This document shows, in pieces, positions 29,558 through 40,700 of a stretch of 64,000 bases of DNA. Numbering within the stretch: the stretch's first letter is position 1; each line of letters begins with the position of its first letter. A program made the position numbers and the translations under genes. The stretch comes from Giardia intestinalis (Eukaryota), in assembly GCA_000002435.2 (NCBI GenBank), contig CM018793.1; one strand, given 5' to 3'. Below the pieces are notes generated by a model that was not told the origin of the DNA, searched no databases, and saw only the letters and a list, made by a program, of their open reading frames with translations.

Positions 29558-30646
29558 TTTTATTCCATGGCCACAAAGGAAACGCATGTACTGGTAAACT
29601 TGCGATTCACGGTATTGTTTACAGATCATCCAGATAGCGCACCAAACATGAACTGCATGCCCTGGGTTCCCTCTGCCCTTCTTGCCTTGTGTGGTAAGTG
29701 CCCAATGAGAGATGACTTCAATTGTGGAGTTGTAGTCTGCTGGGCACCAGTGCAGGGTGGGCACTAGAGCTTCGGACTTCTTCATTCCACCTACCAGTCA
29801 CCTTCAGCGTTGTGCTGCTAGGACCCTTGCCCACGAGCACACCCCAAGGATCCCGGGAGTAACTTCAGTCAATGCTCGATTGTGTCCGGAAACAGAAGCG
29901 AGTCGTGGTTAATAGAACAAGGGCTTCTCCGTTGCACTGCTGGAGGCCTGACTATCTTATCACCACCTTCTTTCTGCCGGGCCTCTGCTTCAAAAACCCA
30001 CCGTGATGTCGGGGAAGAAGCCTGACAGCCTGTAGTAAAACAGCTCCTGTGAACCGTAGACGTTGGGGATCCTCTTGGCCACCATCCATGCACATCGGCA
30101 AGGCCCTCTGACGTTCCCAGGGCCCAGCAGCTCGCCATGACTGGAGAGGAGGGCTTACTGGGTCCTGAGCAGCAGTGATTATGAATTCCTACTATCAAGC
30201 TTCCCTCTCCACAGTCTTGGAGCCGTTGAGATAGCCTCAGCAGATCATCGAAGAAGAGCATAAGCTCTGGCACTGCATCGGCAAGCTCTGGGGACTTCGC
30301 CTTCCCTTGCTGCAGGTCTTCAGGAGCAGTCTAGAGCTGTGGCTAGATGACTGCGTTGTTACTGCCTGGAGTGCCTACTCAATGGGCCTCTCGAAGGCAG
30401 GTTGCTAGACAGCAGCAGTGGCAAGTGTCGATCACAGATACTCTGTCCGCCACTTGTGGAGGCTTATCTCCATTTAGGTTTCCTTCTCATCCTTGCAGTG
30501 CTCACTCGAGCGAACCAGAGCCTGAGATTGATAAGCCCAGCGAGCCTAGTACAAACCTCAGAGGACTCAGGAGGTCATGGCTCCCTGGTGATTGCCATGT
30601 CGTTCTCCTCGCTCGGTTGACATGCACCCTGCTAGAGGGCCCTCAT

Positions 30647-32305
30647 TTACTCGAGCTCGTACATCCGCGCCGTGGTGATCTCTAAGAGCTCGGTTGTGAG
30701 CATGTTGGCCTTAACCCACGAGACGAAGGCGCTCTTGCAGTACGCCTCAAACGCCGCCTTCTGCTCGGCTGTCAACGAGGGATCCCGTATCTTCCTACCA
30801 AGCACGGTCAGCTTTTCAGACCTCTCCTTCATGGTCTGCCGGAAGACCGAGGGCAGAATGATCGGCAGCGCTTTGGTCTTTCCCGTCAGAAGCTTCGAGT
30901 CGAACGGGACCACCGCGGTGCAGTACGTCTTTGGATCCATGAATATCAGATTCTCACACACTCCCAGCCCCAGTGGGCTGTAGAGCTTCATCCCAAAGCT
31001 CTCGCCCTGCTGGCAGATGTCCGCTAGTCCTTGCTGCTGCAGGCAATCCTCCAGTGAGGGGAATATGTAATTGTAGGGGGCAATCTTATTCGTCTTTGTG
31101 TTGCTGTCATGCACACAGGAGTTCCGACTGGTGACATACATCAGACAGTTCTCAATGGTATTTGCCTTGAAGAAGTCCGCTACGGCAGAGAAGGTCATAC
31201 GCATGCAGTAGCACATGGAGACGGTCCCCGCCACGGTCCCCAGGACGATCTTTACGTTTCTGCAGTTGGCAATGACGACGTGTGAGCAGGGAGCAATCAG
31301 AAATATGGTGCAGTTGGCGCAGTTGGCAATGACAGCTGTGGGGGGTCTATGGGTAGCGGCAGCGAAGACCCCTATCCCTGCCTTGGAAAGGCTTCTGATG
31401 CGAATGTGGTTATAGCGATCATCATACTCATATGTGGGGATCCCCGATGCAGACGTACCTGGACGAGCCTGCGGGCATCCTGACGCCAGTGCTGGGCTAG
31501 CAGGGGCACTTAGCTGCGCCTTGGCTTCCAGTGTCGGCGTCGACAAGGTTCCCGAGGTACTTAAGACGTTAGACGAAGAAGACGACAGCTGAGGCTGATA
31601 GGAGCGAATAGGATCGGGAGCTGATGAAAATACAATATTTGCACAGTCGTACGTCGTGATGTTAAAGAAGCGAGAAATAGAGCTTGCTACAGTAAGAACT
31701 GGATCACCAATAGAAATCTCGAAAAATGCACAGAATGAGTCAACGAAATCTTCCTGCTGACTTGTCTCTGCCTGAAGCAATATATCCAGGCCTTCGATAG
31801 CATCCTTCGTCAGCGCAATATCAGCTCCATTGATAGATCCTGCTTGTACAGCTTCAGGGGTAAGGCAGAGCGCAGCAATGAGGATGTTGACATTGAGTGA
31901 AAAGTAGCTTTTTATCAGCGAGTCCAGATCTTCCCCGTTCATGCTCAATGGCCACGCATCATCCGTGGCCATGGCAGACTTCTTTGAGAGCATGGAGTGT
32001 CTAAATATCACGGAAAAGAGAAATACAATGAATCTGTGAACTGTGGGAAGACTGCGAATAACACCTCGAATCCCGCAAGCAAGCGTCGCCTCGAACAAAT
32101 TATAGATCATTGCAATCTCTTGTTCCTTAAGCCCGCAGCAGTCTGCGCCGACTTTTTGCCAGAGGGCAAAGGTCATCTTGTTCTGAAATTCGGTTGCACC
32201 CGTCAGACAAAGGGCTGCGATGCTTGCAAAGTTATCTAATGAGAGCCGGGACTTACTGCTGATGTTGAACAGGGTGAGGAAGATGACCTCTTCACGAAGC
32301 CGCAT
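30647..32305 (-). CDS. TBCC-domain (tubulin-binding cofactor C / CARP beta-helix) protein, TBCCD1-like
   Basis: Central repeats TAVIANCANCTIFLIAPCSHVVIANCRNVKIVLGTVAGTVSMCYC match the TBCC/RP2 beta-helix repeat (x-N-C-x-N-C-x-I-x-L). 552 aa, true ATG. Confidence 0.5.
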   Translation of the reverse strand: MRLREEVIFLTLFNISSKSRLSLDNFASIAALCLTGATEFQNKMTFALWQKVGADCCGLKEQEIAMIYNLFEATLACGIRGVIRSLPTVHRFIVFLFSVIFRHSMLSKKSAMATDDAWPLSMNGEDLDSLIKSYFSLNVNILIAALCLTPEAVQAGSINGADIALTKDAIEGLDILLQAETSQQEDFVDSFCAFFEISIGDPVLTVASSISRFFNITTYDCANIVFSSAPDPIRSYQPQLSSSSSNVLSTSGTLSTPTLEAKAQLSAPASPALASGCPQARPGTSASGIPTYEYDDRYNHIRIRSLSKAGIGVFAAATHRPPTAVIANCANCTIFLIAPCSHVVIANCRNVKIVLGTVAGTVSMCYCMRMTFSAVADFFKANTIENCLMYVTSRNSCVHDSNTKTNKIAPYNYIFPSLEDCLQQQGLADICQQGESFGMKLYSPLGLGVCENLIFMDPKTYCTAVVPFDSKLLTGKTKALPIILPSVFRQTMKERSEKLTVLGRKIRDPSLTAEQKAAFEAYCKSAFVSWVKANMLTTELLEITTARMYELE

Positions 32306-32431
32306 TCCAGGGAATTTTACCAGAGAGGCGAGTTGTTTGTTGCTTTTTCAAATTGCAATGGCTAAATATAAATGAACAAATACAATAGTAAAAGGCCAAA
32401 TCATTTGCCGCTCAAATCTTTTTAATAAGAC

Positions 32432-32956
32432 ATGTCCTTTTGGAACACGAGAAGCGACTTCCGGCTAAACCACAGCACCGCTCGACCTCTGCTGACACAT
32501 GAAAAGGCCTTCTACCTAGACACGATTCATCCGGTAACACAAGATTACATTACGCCGACCAGGCTCTTCCCAGTTGTTAGGCATAAAGCCCGGACGACTG
32601 CCGAAATGCGCCAAGAGATACTAGACGCTTGGGAGGAGGTGCGAGTGAAGAGCGCTGAAAAAGAACGAGAGCAGCGTTTGCTCGTTATGAAGGAAGAGGC
32701 CAAGACCCGCAAGGATACTGCGCAGCGCAGGCGCGAGGAGGCCGAGCGGCAGAGACAAATTGCGCAACGCAATGCAAAGCAAATCAGGTGCGGACGCGTC
32801 TTCTCTGAGATCTCAAGGGATCTTCGGGACTATACATTGGAGCAAATCTCTGCAGACCCAGAGCTCCAGGATCGCCTCCTTTCTATTCTACCAGGATTGC
32901 TTGCCCAGAATGCGCAGCGTATCGCGTCCCTCAAAGAAATGCTTGGCGATAAGTAA
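32432..32956 (+). CDS. Hypothetical charged coiled-coil protein (174 aa)
   Basis: ATG with a strong AT-rich initiator (CTCAAATCTTTTTAATAAGAC-ATG). Contains a KE/R-rich helix (EKEREQRLLVMKEEAKTRKDTAQRRREEAERQRQIAQRNAKQ). Confidence 0.5.
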   Translation: MSFWNTRSDFRLNHSTARPLLTHEKAFYLDTIHPVTQDYITPTRLFPVVRHKARTTAEMRQEILDAWEEVRVKSAEKEREQRLLVMKEEAKTRKDTAQRRREEAERQRQIAQRNAKQIRCGRVFSEISRDLRDYTLEQISADPELQDRLLSILPGLLAQNAQRIASLKEMLGDK

Positions 32957-33023
32957 ACGGTCTTTGGGCCTTACGCAAGGCCGTTGCTTTTAGATATTTA
33001 AAATTTCAGTTTCCTACATTCCC

Positions 33024-35537
33024 ATGGCGCGCAGGGAGGACGCCAACTTCAGAGTAGTCGTGCGGATACGGCCCCTCATAGACAGAGAAAAGAGCGCTGG
33101 AGATAGGATTATTGTCTCCGCGAATGATACTCAAGTAGTGATAAAAGAGCAAACAGGGAATCCTGCTATTGACGCATATGCACCTCAGCATCGCTTCACA
33201 TTTGACCGGGTTTTTGGTCCATCAACAACACAGGAAGAAATATTTGACAGCTACGTAAAGGATACCGTTGAACTAGTTCTCCAAGGCATCAACTCCACGA
33301 TCTTCACGTACGGCCAGACGTCGTCTGGAAAGACGTATACCATGGTCGGGGGTTCTAGTCCACAAACGCTTGGAATTGTTCCTAGAGCTGTTGTCAAAAT
33401 CTTTGATCTCATCGCCCTCCAAAGCGGAGACAAAACAGTTCCCTATTCTCGTGAGCTTGCTGAGGAGGAACACTTGCAGATCAATGCGCAGGATGGGGAC
33501 CTTTTAAGGGTTCGCAGAAAATATCTCCTCTGGGTCAGCTACATGCAGATATACAACGAATCTATCAATGATTTGCTAAGCCAGGACCCCACAAAGGACA
33601 TTAAAGTGCGTGAAAATTCAAAGAACGAAACCTTCTGTGACGGACTTACTGAACACATATGCAAAACCCCAGCTGATATCCTGCGGCTTGTCCAGCGTGG
33701 AAACTCGGTACGCTCAACAGAACTGACGCGTATGAACGAGCTCAGCTCACGCTCGCACGCAATACTTTCCATTGCTGTCGAGCAAGCAGTTCAGGTCAAG
33801 AATACGTCGGACAGGACCTCCGAGCCAACGGAAATCTTCAAGATGGCTAAGTTAAATTTGGTCGATTTGGCAGGCTCTGAGCGTGTTTCTCAGTCAAAGG
33901 TGGACGGGCAACGACTAGAAGAAGCCAAGCGAATTAACTCCAGCCTTACAGTCTTGGGCAATGTAATAAGCGCGCTAATAGCCCAATCACAGGGGAAGCG
34001 TAGCCATATTCCCTACAGGGACTCCAAGCTCACACGGGTCCTGCAGGACTCACTGGGCGGGAACTGCATATCCGTTCTGTGTACCAATATTAGCCCCGCC
34101 TCCAGTTGCTTCCAAGAGAGCCTTAATACGCTTAAATTTGCGGATCGGGCGAAGCAAATTAAAAACAAGGTCGGGGTTAATGAAACAGTTGATGATAACA
34201 CCCTTTTGAAAAGATATGAGACTGAGATAAGAACTTTGCGGAGCGAACTAGAAAGAAGACGGGTGTCAACATCTGGCGCATTCTCATTGGGCCAAGAGCA
34301 ACCAGCAAAACCCTTACAGTATTCCAAGCTTACTCCGACATTTTCCAATGCTGACGGCTTTAGTGATCCTGGTTATGGAATAATCTTGGCAACTCTCGAG
34401 CAGAGGACACGGGAGTCTCTTCAAGAAAAGAAGGAACGGCGCCTCCTTGAGGAGAAGATAGCAACGTTAGAGAGCCAGATAGGCTCCACTGGGCTAAAGG
34501 GTGCTCTTGAGCGCAACCTCTCCGCCTCAGAAGCGGATATTACAAAGACCAACAGTCTTCCGTGCAGCCCGCAGACAGCTCAGGCAAAGGCCAGAGATTA
34601 TACCCGTATGAAGCAGGAGTATGAGCGCCGGCTACATTTACTAGAAAAGGAGAGGAAGGCTGTCTCTGGAGGGTCACTAGCCCTCTACGAGAATGTGCTT
34701 ATGAAGCAGAAGGACCTGTTACTCGCTATTTCAGAGAGGCTATCTGATCGTGAAGAGGCAATTGAGACGTGCACAGAAGAGCTGACGCAGAGGCGCACTT
34801 ATGAGAGAGTGCTGAACTGTAAGGCCTCTATGCTAAAGGAGGCTCTTCGAATCCTTCAGGGAAAAGTACAAAAGATGCTTCCTGAAGCAGGACTACCAAC
34901 CTTTGTTTACGATGATGAGACCCTCAATGCAGGTGCTCTGGCTAAGATAAGTGGTGAGACAGGAGAAGAAGTGAGCTTTGATGAGCTCTCAGGTTCTGCT
35001 AGTAGTGATAGATTCTCGCGGTCCAAGAGCATTGGTAAGCTGGCAGTATTAATGGAAGCAAACCTCCAGGCTTTGAGGGAGGCTGATAGTAATCTAAGAA
35101 AGAACGACTCCGGGGCATATACTGATTTATTAGAAAAACAGTGTGATAGGATAGAGGAAAGTGTTGAAAAGTTGACCGAAGAGCTTGCTAGTCGAAGAGC
35201 TGAACTGACACGTCTCCAGAAGCTGATGACCCCCGATGGACAGGTAGAGCTAGTGAAGTTTAAAGCAACCGGTGACTACCCTGCCTTGCTGACTCATCTT
35301 TCTACTAACGCAGAGCTTCTTCCTCTACGCAACAAGATCACCGCTTATTCCAAGGAATCTACTGCTCTCCAGACAGTCATAGATAAAAAGATAGCCCCTT
35401 TGGTAACTGCTATGAAGCAGTATGCAGCACAAGAGAATCAGCAGAACCTTTGTGCATGTTACCAAAAGCTAACGACTCTGATTGATGCAACCGTCTCCGC
35501 CCTAAATGTGACTGCCGGGGACTATTCTGCAGAATAG
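33024..35537 (+). CDS. Kinesin motor protein (N-terminal motor domain plus a long coiled-coil stalk), possibly kinesin-7/CENP-E-like or kinesin-2-like
   Basis: Motor motifs are all present: FRVVVRIRPL, P-loop GQTSSGKTYTM, switch I NELSSRSHAI and switch II LVDLAGSER. The neck reads KNKVGVNETVDDNTLLKRYETEIRTLRSEL, which resembles CENP-E (…ALLKRYRKEI…). About 470 aa of coiled coil follow. ATG start. Confidence 0.9.
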   Translation: MARREDANFRVVVRIRPLIDREKSAGDRIIVSANDTQVVIKEQTGNPAIDAYAPQHRFTFDRVFGPSTTQEEIFDSYVKDTVELVLQGINSTIFTYGQTSSGKTYTMVGGSSPQTLGIVPRAVVKIFDLIALQSGDKTVPYSRELAEEEHLQINAQDGDLLRVRRKYLLWVSYMQIYNESINDLLSQDPTKDIKVRENSKNETFCDGLTEHICKTPADILRLVQRGNSVRSTELTRMNELSSRSHAILSIAVEQAVQVKNTSDRTSEPTEIFKMAKLNLVDLAGSERVSQSKVDGQRLEEAKRINSSLTVLGNVISALIAQSQGKRSHIPYRDSKLTRVLQDSLGGNCISVLCTNISPASSCFQESLNTLKFADRAKQIKNKVGVNETVDDNTLLKRYETEIRTLRSELERRRVSTSGAFSLGQEQPAKPLQYSKLTPTFSNADGFSDPGYGIILATLEQRTRESLQEKKERRLLEEKIATLESQIGSTGLKGALERNLSASEADITKTNSLPCSPQTAQAKARDYTRMKQEYERRLHLLEKERKAVSGGSLALYENVLMKQKDLLLAISERLSDREEAIETCTEELTQRRTYERVLNCKASMLKEALRILQGKVQKMLPEAGLPTFVYDDETLNAGALAKISGETGEEVSFDELSGSASSDRFSRSKSIGKLAVLMEANLQALREADSNLRKNDSGAYTDLLEKQCDRIEESVEKLTEELASRRAELTRLQKLMTPDGQVELVKFKATGDYPALLTHLSTNAELLPLRNKITAYSKESTALQTVIDKKIAPLVTAMKQYAAQENQQNLCACYQKLTTLIDATVSALNVTAGDYSAE

Positions 35538-35712
35538 CTGCTACACTCCTACACACAAACAAGGATCCCATTAATGAACCAAAGATAGTTCACTTGGAGT
35601 ATAGCTGAACTGACAGGCCCTTGGTTGCCCTTTATAACGTACCAAGAGGGGAATGTTAGAGGAGGAGTCCACAGAATAGGATAAAAAGTAGGCGGAGCAG
35701 TGTGGAGAAGGC

Positions 35713-37218
35713 TCAAATGAAATAAGACATCTCTCCTTCGCGTTTCCCACTGACAATGTTTATAGCTTCTACAAAGTCTTCATGCACAACGGCTTCTCCG
35801 TGGCGGCGAAGACATACTAGTCCAGCCTCCATACAGACGGCCTTGAGCATAGCTCCACTATATTCATTAGTGGACTTGGCTATTTCCTGCAAACCAACAG
35901 CACCTGGCCTGTCACATGTTTCGGGGTCATCACTTCTTCCTATGAGCTTAATTTTCTTGCTATGAATGCACAGGATATCATATCTTCCTTTCTCGTTGGG
36001 GTAGGTAAACTCTATCTTTCTATCGAACCTACCTGACCTGGTTAATGCAGGGTCAAGGATGTCCACCCTGTTTGTGCTGGCAAGAACCTTGATGCGCTCG
36101 TCACAATCAAACCCATCCAGACAGTTTAACAGGGTGAGCATGGTCCTGGTTGAGTCTCGATCGTAGCCACCTGTGTCGGAGCGACGCCCTCCAATAGCAT
36201 CTATCTCGTCAATGTAGATTATGCAACCAGCATCCATGTTCCCCTTGAGCGTGCGCTCCTTTTCAATGAGCGACTTAGCAAGATTGAATGTTTCAATAAC
36301 CATTGCAGAGCCATCCCCGATATACAACTGAACCAGCTGGGTGGCCGTCAATTGTAGGAAGGAGCAGTTTGCTTCGTGTGCTAGTGCACGGGCAAGAGCT
36401 GTCTTTCCAGTCCCTGGGACACCGTACAGAAGTACGCCTTTAGAGGGCTTGATGCCAATTTTCTTAAGAAGATCAGGACGCTGCAGTGGCAGCAAGAAGC
36501 TCTCTTTGATCTGAGATATTTGTTGATCAATACCACCAAGGTCTTCAAATTTGTCCATAGGACGTTCAGTGACCTCCATAGTCTTAACACGAGCATCAAC
36601 CGCTGACGGAAGCTTTTCATAAATAAAATATGTATCTTTGTTGACTGCCACCAGGTCTGTAGGGCGTAGCATCTTGCGTGGAACTGCCCCTGTTGAGGCT
36701 AAGAAGACATAGGTTTTGGAAGATGTTTTAATAATTACTCCCTCTGTTACTGTCGAGCTAGGCTTTGATCGAAGTGCCTGAGTAACCTCTCCATCAAGGC
36801 CCAGCGTGGCACGATCACTGTCTGCAAACTCCTCTTCTTTGAGCATGGCTTCCAAGGAGGAATCTGTGTTCTTTGCTGTACTTTCAGAGTCTCGATCTAT
36901 GAGACTTTTCAGCTGCCGCTCGTAGGTCTTCTTTGTGGTGGCAGTTACTTCATAGTTCAGATTCAAGTGATCCTCTGAGATCTCCACAAACTCTGAGACT
37001 GTTGCTACAAGGAGTGGCAAACGCTTTGAGTTCTCTAGGTCCCTTCTATTCTTTTCTAAAAGGCCCGTGGCCTCCCGGATAATGCTCTGGTAACGTTCAT
37101 GTTCACGTCTCAAAAACATGGCCTCGGACTTGATCGCTTCTATGCGCTGCGACAGCATAGCATCATCGAAGCTCTGTATCTCGGGATCGATGGGAATTTC
37201 GGGGAAGTCTTGAGACAT
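35713..37218 (-). CDS. 26S proteasome regulatory-particle AAA ATPase (Rpt family)
   Basis: An N-terminal coiled coil precedes the AAA core: GVLLYGVPGTGKTALARALAHE (Walker A), IIYIDEIDAIGGRR (Walker B), and TNRVDILDPALTRSGRFDRKIEFTYPNEKGRYDIL, which is Rpt-specific SRH/arginine-finger context. True ATG with initiator CAAAATAAAAATAG. Confidence 0.8.
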   Translation of the reverse strand: MSQDFPEIPIDPEIQSFDDAMLSQRIEAIKSEAMFLRREHERYQSIIREATGLLEKNRRDLENSKRLPLLVATVSEFVEISEDHLNLNYEVTATTKKTYERQLKSLIDRDSESTAKNTDSSLEAMLKEEEFADSDRATLGLDGEVTQALRSKPSSTVTEGVIIKTSSKTYVFLASTGAVPRKMLRPTDLVAVNKDTYFIYEKLPSAVDARVKTMEVTERPMDKFEDLGGIDQQISQIKESFLLPLQRPDLLKKIGIKPSKGVLLYGVPGTGKTALARALAHEANCSFLQLTATQLVQLYIGDGSAMVIETFNLAKSLIEKERTLKGNMDAGCIIYIDEIDAIGGRRSDTGGYDRDSTRTMLTLLNCLDGFDCDERIKVLASTNRVDILDPALTRSGRFDRKIEFTYPNEKGRYDILCIHSKKIKLIGRSDDPETCDRPGAVGLQEIAKSTNEYSGAMLKAVCMEAGLVCLRRHGEAVVHEDFVEAINIVSGKREGEMSYFI

Positions 37219-37259
37219 CCACTCCGGCCCTCTATTTTTATTTTGAAAGAGTCATCGGC

Positions 37260-37694
37260 TCACGCTACTCCTTTCATCCACATGTAATTTACTAGAATAT
37301 CAGGTTCTCTGCTAAGCGTGGTGACTGCCTGTTCTCGTGCGAGGACCTCAAGAAGAAGATTACGCAGGCGAGTGTACTGGTTTTTCAGTCGTCTGTAGCG
37401 GTCTTCTAGATCAAACGTAGACCTCTTCAGAGGAACAGATGCCGATCTCCCCACCCCCGTATGGTGCACGAGTCTTTGGTGTGCAGTGTAAGGCCGTTCT
37501 CTGAAGGAGGTGGAGCATATCAGACGCAAATTGTTCTCTGCGTCACATCTCCGGGCCTGATCAACATAGGTATCAAGCACAGGTCCAACTACTTGACTAA
37601 CAAGTGCATAAAGTGCACTGGAAGATGTGTGCACAGGAAAAGACAAGGAAGGAAGAAGCCCACAGTCAGACGCATCTCCCTCTGCTCCAATCAT
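37260..37694 (-). CDS. Hypothetical protein (144 aa)
   Basis: True ATG with a very canonical initiator (GCTAATTAAAAA-ATG). Divergent from the giant gene at 37747, whose ATG is about 53 bp away. No motif recognised. Confidence 0.45.
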   Translation of the reverse strand: MIGAEGDASDCGLLPSLSFPVHTSSSALYALVSQVVGPVLDTYVDQARRCDAENNLRLICSTSFRERPYTAHQRLVHHTGVGRSASVPLKRSTFDLEDRYRRLKNQYTRLRNLLLEVLAREQAVTTLSREPDILVNYMWMKGVA

Positions 37695-37746
37695 TTTTTA
37701 ATTAGCCCCCTGGTATATAAACTTCCACGTTAGCCCGCCTCGTTTG

Positions 37747-40700
37747 ATGAAGCCGCGGAGTAGTAGATCAGATGTACATCCGAAGAAAGATCTGGTTTAC
37801 CCTAACCCCTTTTGGCCTCCAACGGGGGCCTGTTGTCTACAATCGCCCTTTTCTCTGGATTACCAGGACGCCATGCTTCTGTTGTTTAGGGCCTTGGAGA
37901 GAGCTGTTAATCTCCCCATACTCCGCATGGACGATATGGCGGCCTGCTATACAGTGGCTTTTCAACGTCTTTCACTTTTAAGCTTAGACCATGACAAACT
38001 CAATATCTCATTTACGGACCCCGATAGTGATGCAGATCTACGTATGAAGAAGTCGGCTTCTGATGCCATCTCTTCTGAGGGACCGATAAGCTTTTCCAAC
38101 GCCATTCCTCTCAGACGTTCCACATTACAGGTACTCACAAGTAACCCCTTGGATCTTCTTAACTTGGCCACACAGTTTTATGACTTTCTAAAGTTTCAAA
38201 CAAGACTCCACAGTGAAATTTTGGCACTAATCTATTGTATTCATCGCATCCAAACATGGTCAAACTCTAGCTCAGCACAGGAATCTAATGCATCGTTTCG
38301 CAAACGATCGCATGAGTATTTTAGCTCTTATCTTTCTACATCTTTACAAAACATCAACACTATGATACGGGATTGTCCGCTATTGGTTGATGCCTATCTG
38401 TCCAAAATGGTGTGCATTTCTCTATTACGGTGCTTAGAGCCACAGATTGATACGGGACATAAGGATATGCTAAAGGAATTATTGGGTGTGGCTAACTCAG
38501 GTATTGAAAACGGTAGTGTGCTGCTTGCCCTGTACGATCAGGTGGAATACTACTCTACCAATGAATTCACTGGAGTATACAGTGAGTCTTACCTAATGCA
38601 TCTTACCAATACAATGAAGTCCCTTACACACGGGCTTCTGCTTGGCTGGCACACACTGCGAGCATACAGAGTCAATCTCCTAAGGCAATTGGGAAGGTTT
38701 GATGATGCTTGTACCGAGGCCCGAGAACTCATTAAGCTAACCATTACGACCATGCAAGGCGAGAAGCACCTTTCTGCTTCTCTTTGTACTTGTGTGTCAG
38801 ATACTCTCACTCTTGAACCCTTAGATCCTATCATGTTTGTTGCCCAGCAAACTAATTTTGTCCCCGTGCATTCAAAAGGGTACAATGGATTTGTTCAGCT
38901 CCCACCTCCCTTTCAGTTAGAGTTGGATAATTCCTTATCTTCATTCAGTAGTCAAAATGCTATGGGCAATACAACGACAATCAAGTTTCCCTCACTAAGA
39001 GATATCTACATGTCCTCGCCAATTGGCACTAGTCTGCCACCTGAGCCAGAAAGCTCCAACTCTAATGACCCCGTCAACACCTCAATCAACGTACCCATAA
39101 ACGTAGACCAGTCCGCTTCTTTTACTGATAAGATGAGTAGTCGGCAGAAGACAAACGCCCAGGCTGCAAACACTAAGGCTAAAGATTTAAGCCACAAGGG
39201 CAGATCCCTGTCAGATACTAGTAATATGGGATGCCCAATCCATAGCGCAAGCTCTAAGCATCTAGACTATCGCTTGACTTACTTATTGGCAGTTTTGGAA
39301 GCAGGCTATGATGACGAAGCCTTCGAATACCTCATGTCTGGGGTTTTCCGCAGCAGGCTTTTCTCAAGGCTTAAGGCCAATTTGGATTACGGCACCATTT
39401 ATACCACTCCCAAGAAGTCCGATTATATTAGGTTTGAAGTTCAGAACGACGAAAAGTATCACTACCATACTACTGCCACCTCTGTCAATCCTTCGCCCGT
39501 GCACTACCCAACTTATTATAGGCATTACTCAGAGGGTCTGAATCACAAGTGTGTTGACGACTATTTTGCCAATGGCCCGCAACCTGTATGTAAGGACTGC
39601 ACGAAGAGGACATCTCATGGAGCGCGTCCGCATTTCGTTGTTAGGAATGATGGTGCCTACAATCAGTATACTATGCATAGCTTCCTAGCACGACACAACA
39701 AACTCTTGACCAATATACTGTATCAACGCGCCTACAAGCACATCAACCACATGTTTACAAGCAAGCACGGTACCATTCATAATAGGAAGCCACTCAGCAA
39801 ACTCTCACTTGGTCGCCTGAAGCCGTCGACAAACTTCGTTCACAATCTGAGGATGTCATTCGATCCCAAACTTCTTACTATTATCAATTGTTACTTTTCG
39901 AGTCAGATACGTGGACCTCTGTCTCGCATTCTCTTCTACGGGCCATACTACCAGTTTAGATGCACAAGCGATAAGCCCTATACATCCTTTGAAGACATCC
40001 AGGACGTGATTGATATAATATCATCTTCTAGTCACCACGCTGAACAGCTGCAAGCTCAAGCAATATGGTTTAATTACCATGCGCACAACAACCAAGTAGG
40101 CACCACCACACCTGTGTCTTACTCTATCATTGATTCCCCAGCAAGCATATTCCTATGCACATCAGAGACTAAGGCGACCAACTCACTATTGCGCACAACT
40201 CCACTGACCACTACGGTAACAACCTATACACTATTATTCTTACTTCTGAAGAGGAGGGCAACATGGGCTAATAAGCTTGCGCAGTCGATCTTTGCCGAAA
40301 GGATGCTCGGTTGCAATTGTGCGCGGTCCTCTATGCTTTTCAAGAGGTCCATGAATGTGATGGACCTAGCTATGGCATGGCCAAAGAAGTGTCTGCATCT
40401 TAAGATTATGCCTTCCATGTTGCTCACGGATTTGGGAGTACGGCCTGCAATACCGTCTACCAAGCTGCTACAACTGGCTTTCTCAACAAATCCGTACGTC
40501 GTTGAGTATCTGTTAGCAAAGGCGGTCTTGCCAAGCAAGGTGGCGTTATATGGCCTGACCCTTCTATTCGATGCCAGCGCCTGTGAAGACCCAGATTGCC
40601 TTCTGGTTGCCCAGTATCCCAACGAGGACCTTCAGCTTAGTACATACAGACATGCCGTGCGTGCGTGGCAGGATCGCTACTGCAGGTCATCAGAGGAGAA

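Noticed and set aside
28886-29785. Full 299-aa extent of the ankyrin ORF starting at 29785
   Set aside because: The first 76 aa (MKKSEALVPTLHWCPADYNS…) look non-protein-like. The internal ATG at 29557 carries the canonical GGAATAAAA-ATG initiator, so I preferred the shorter gene.
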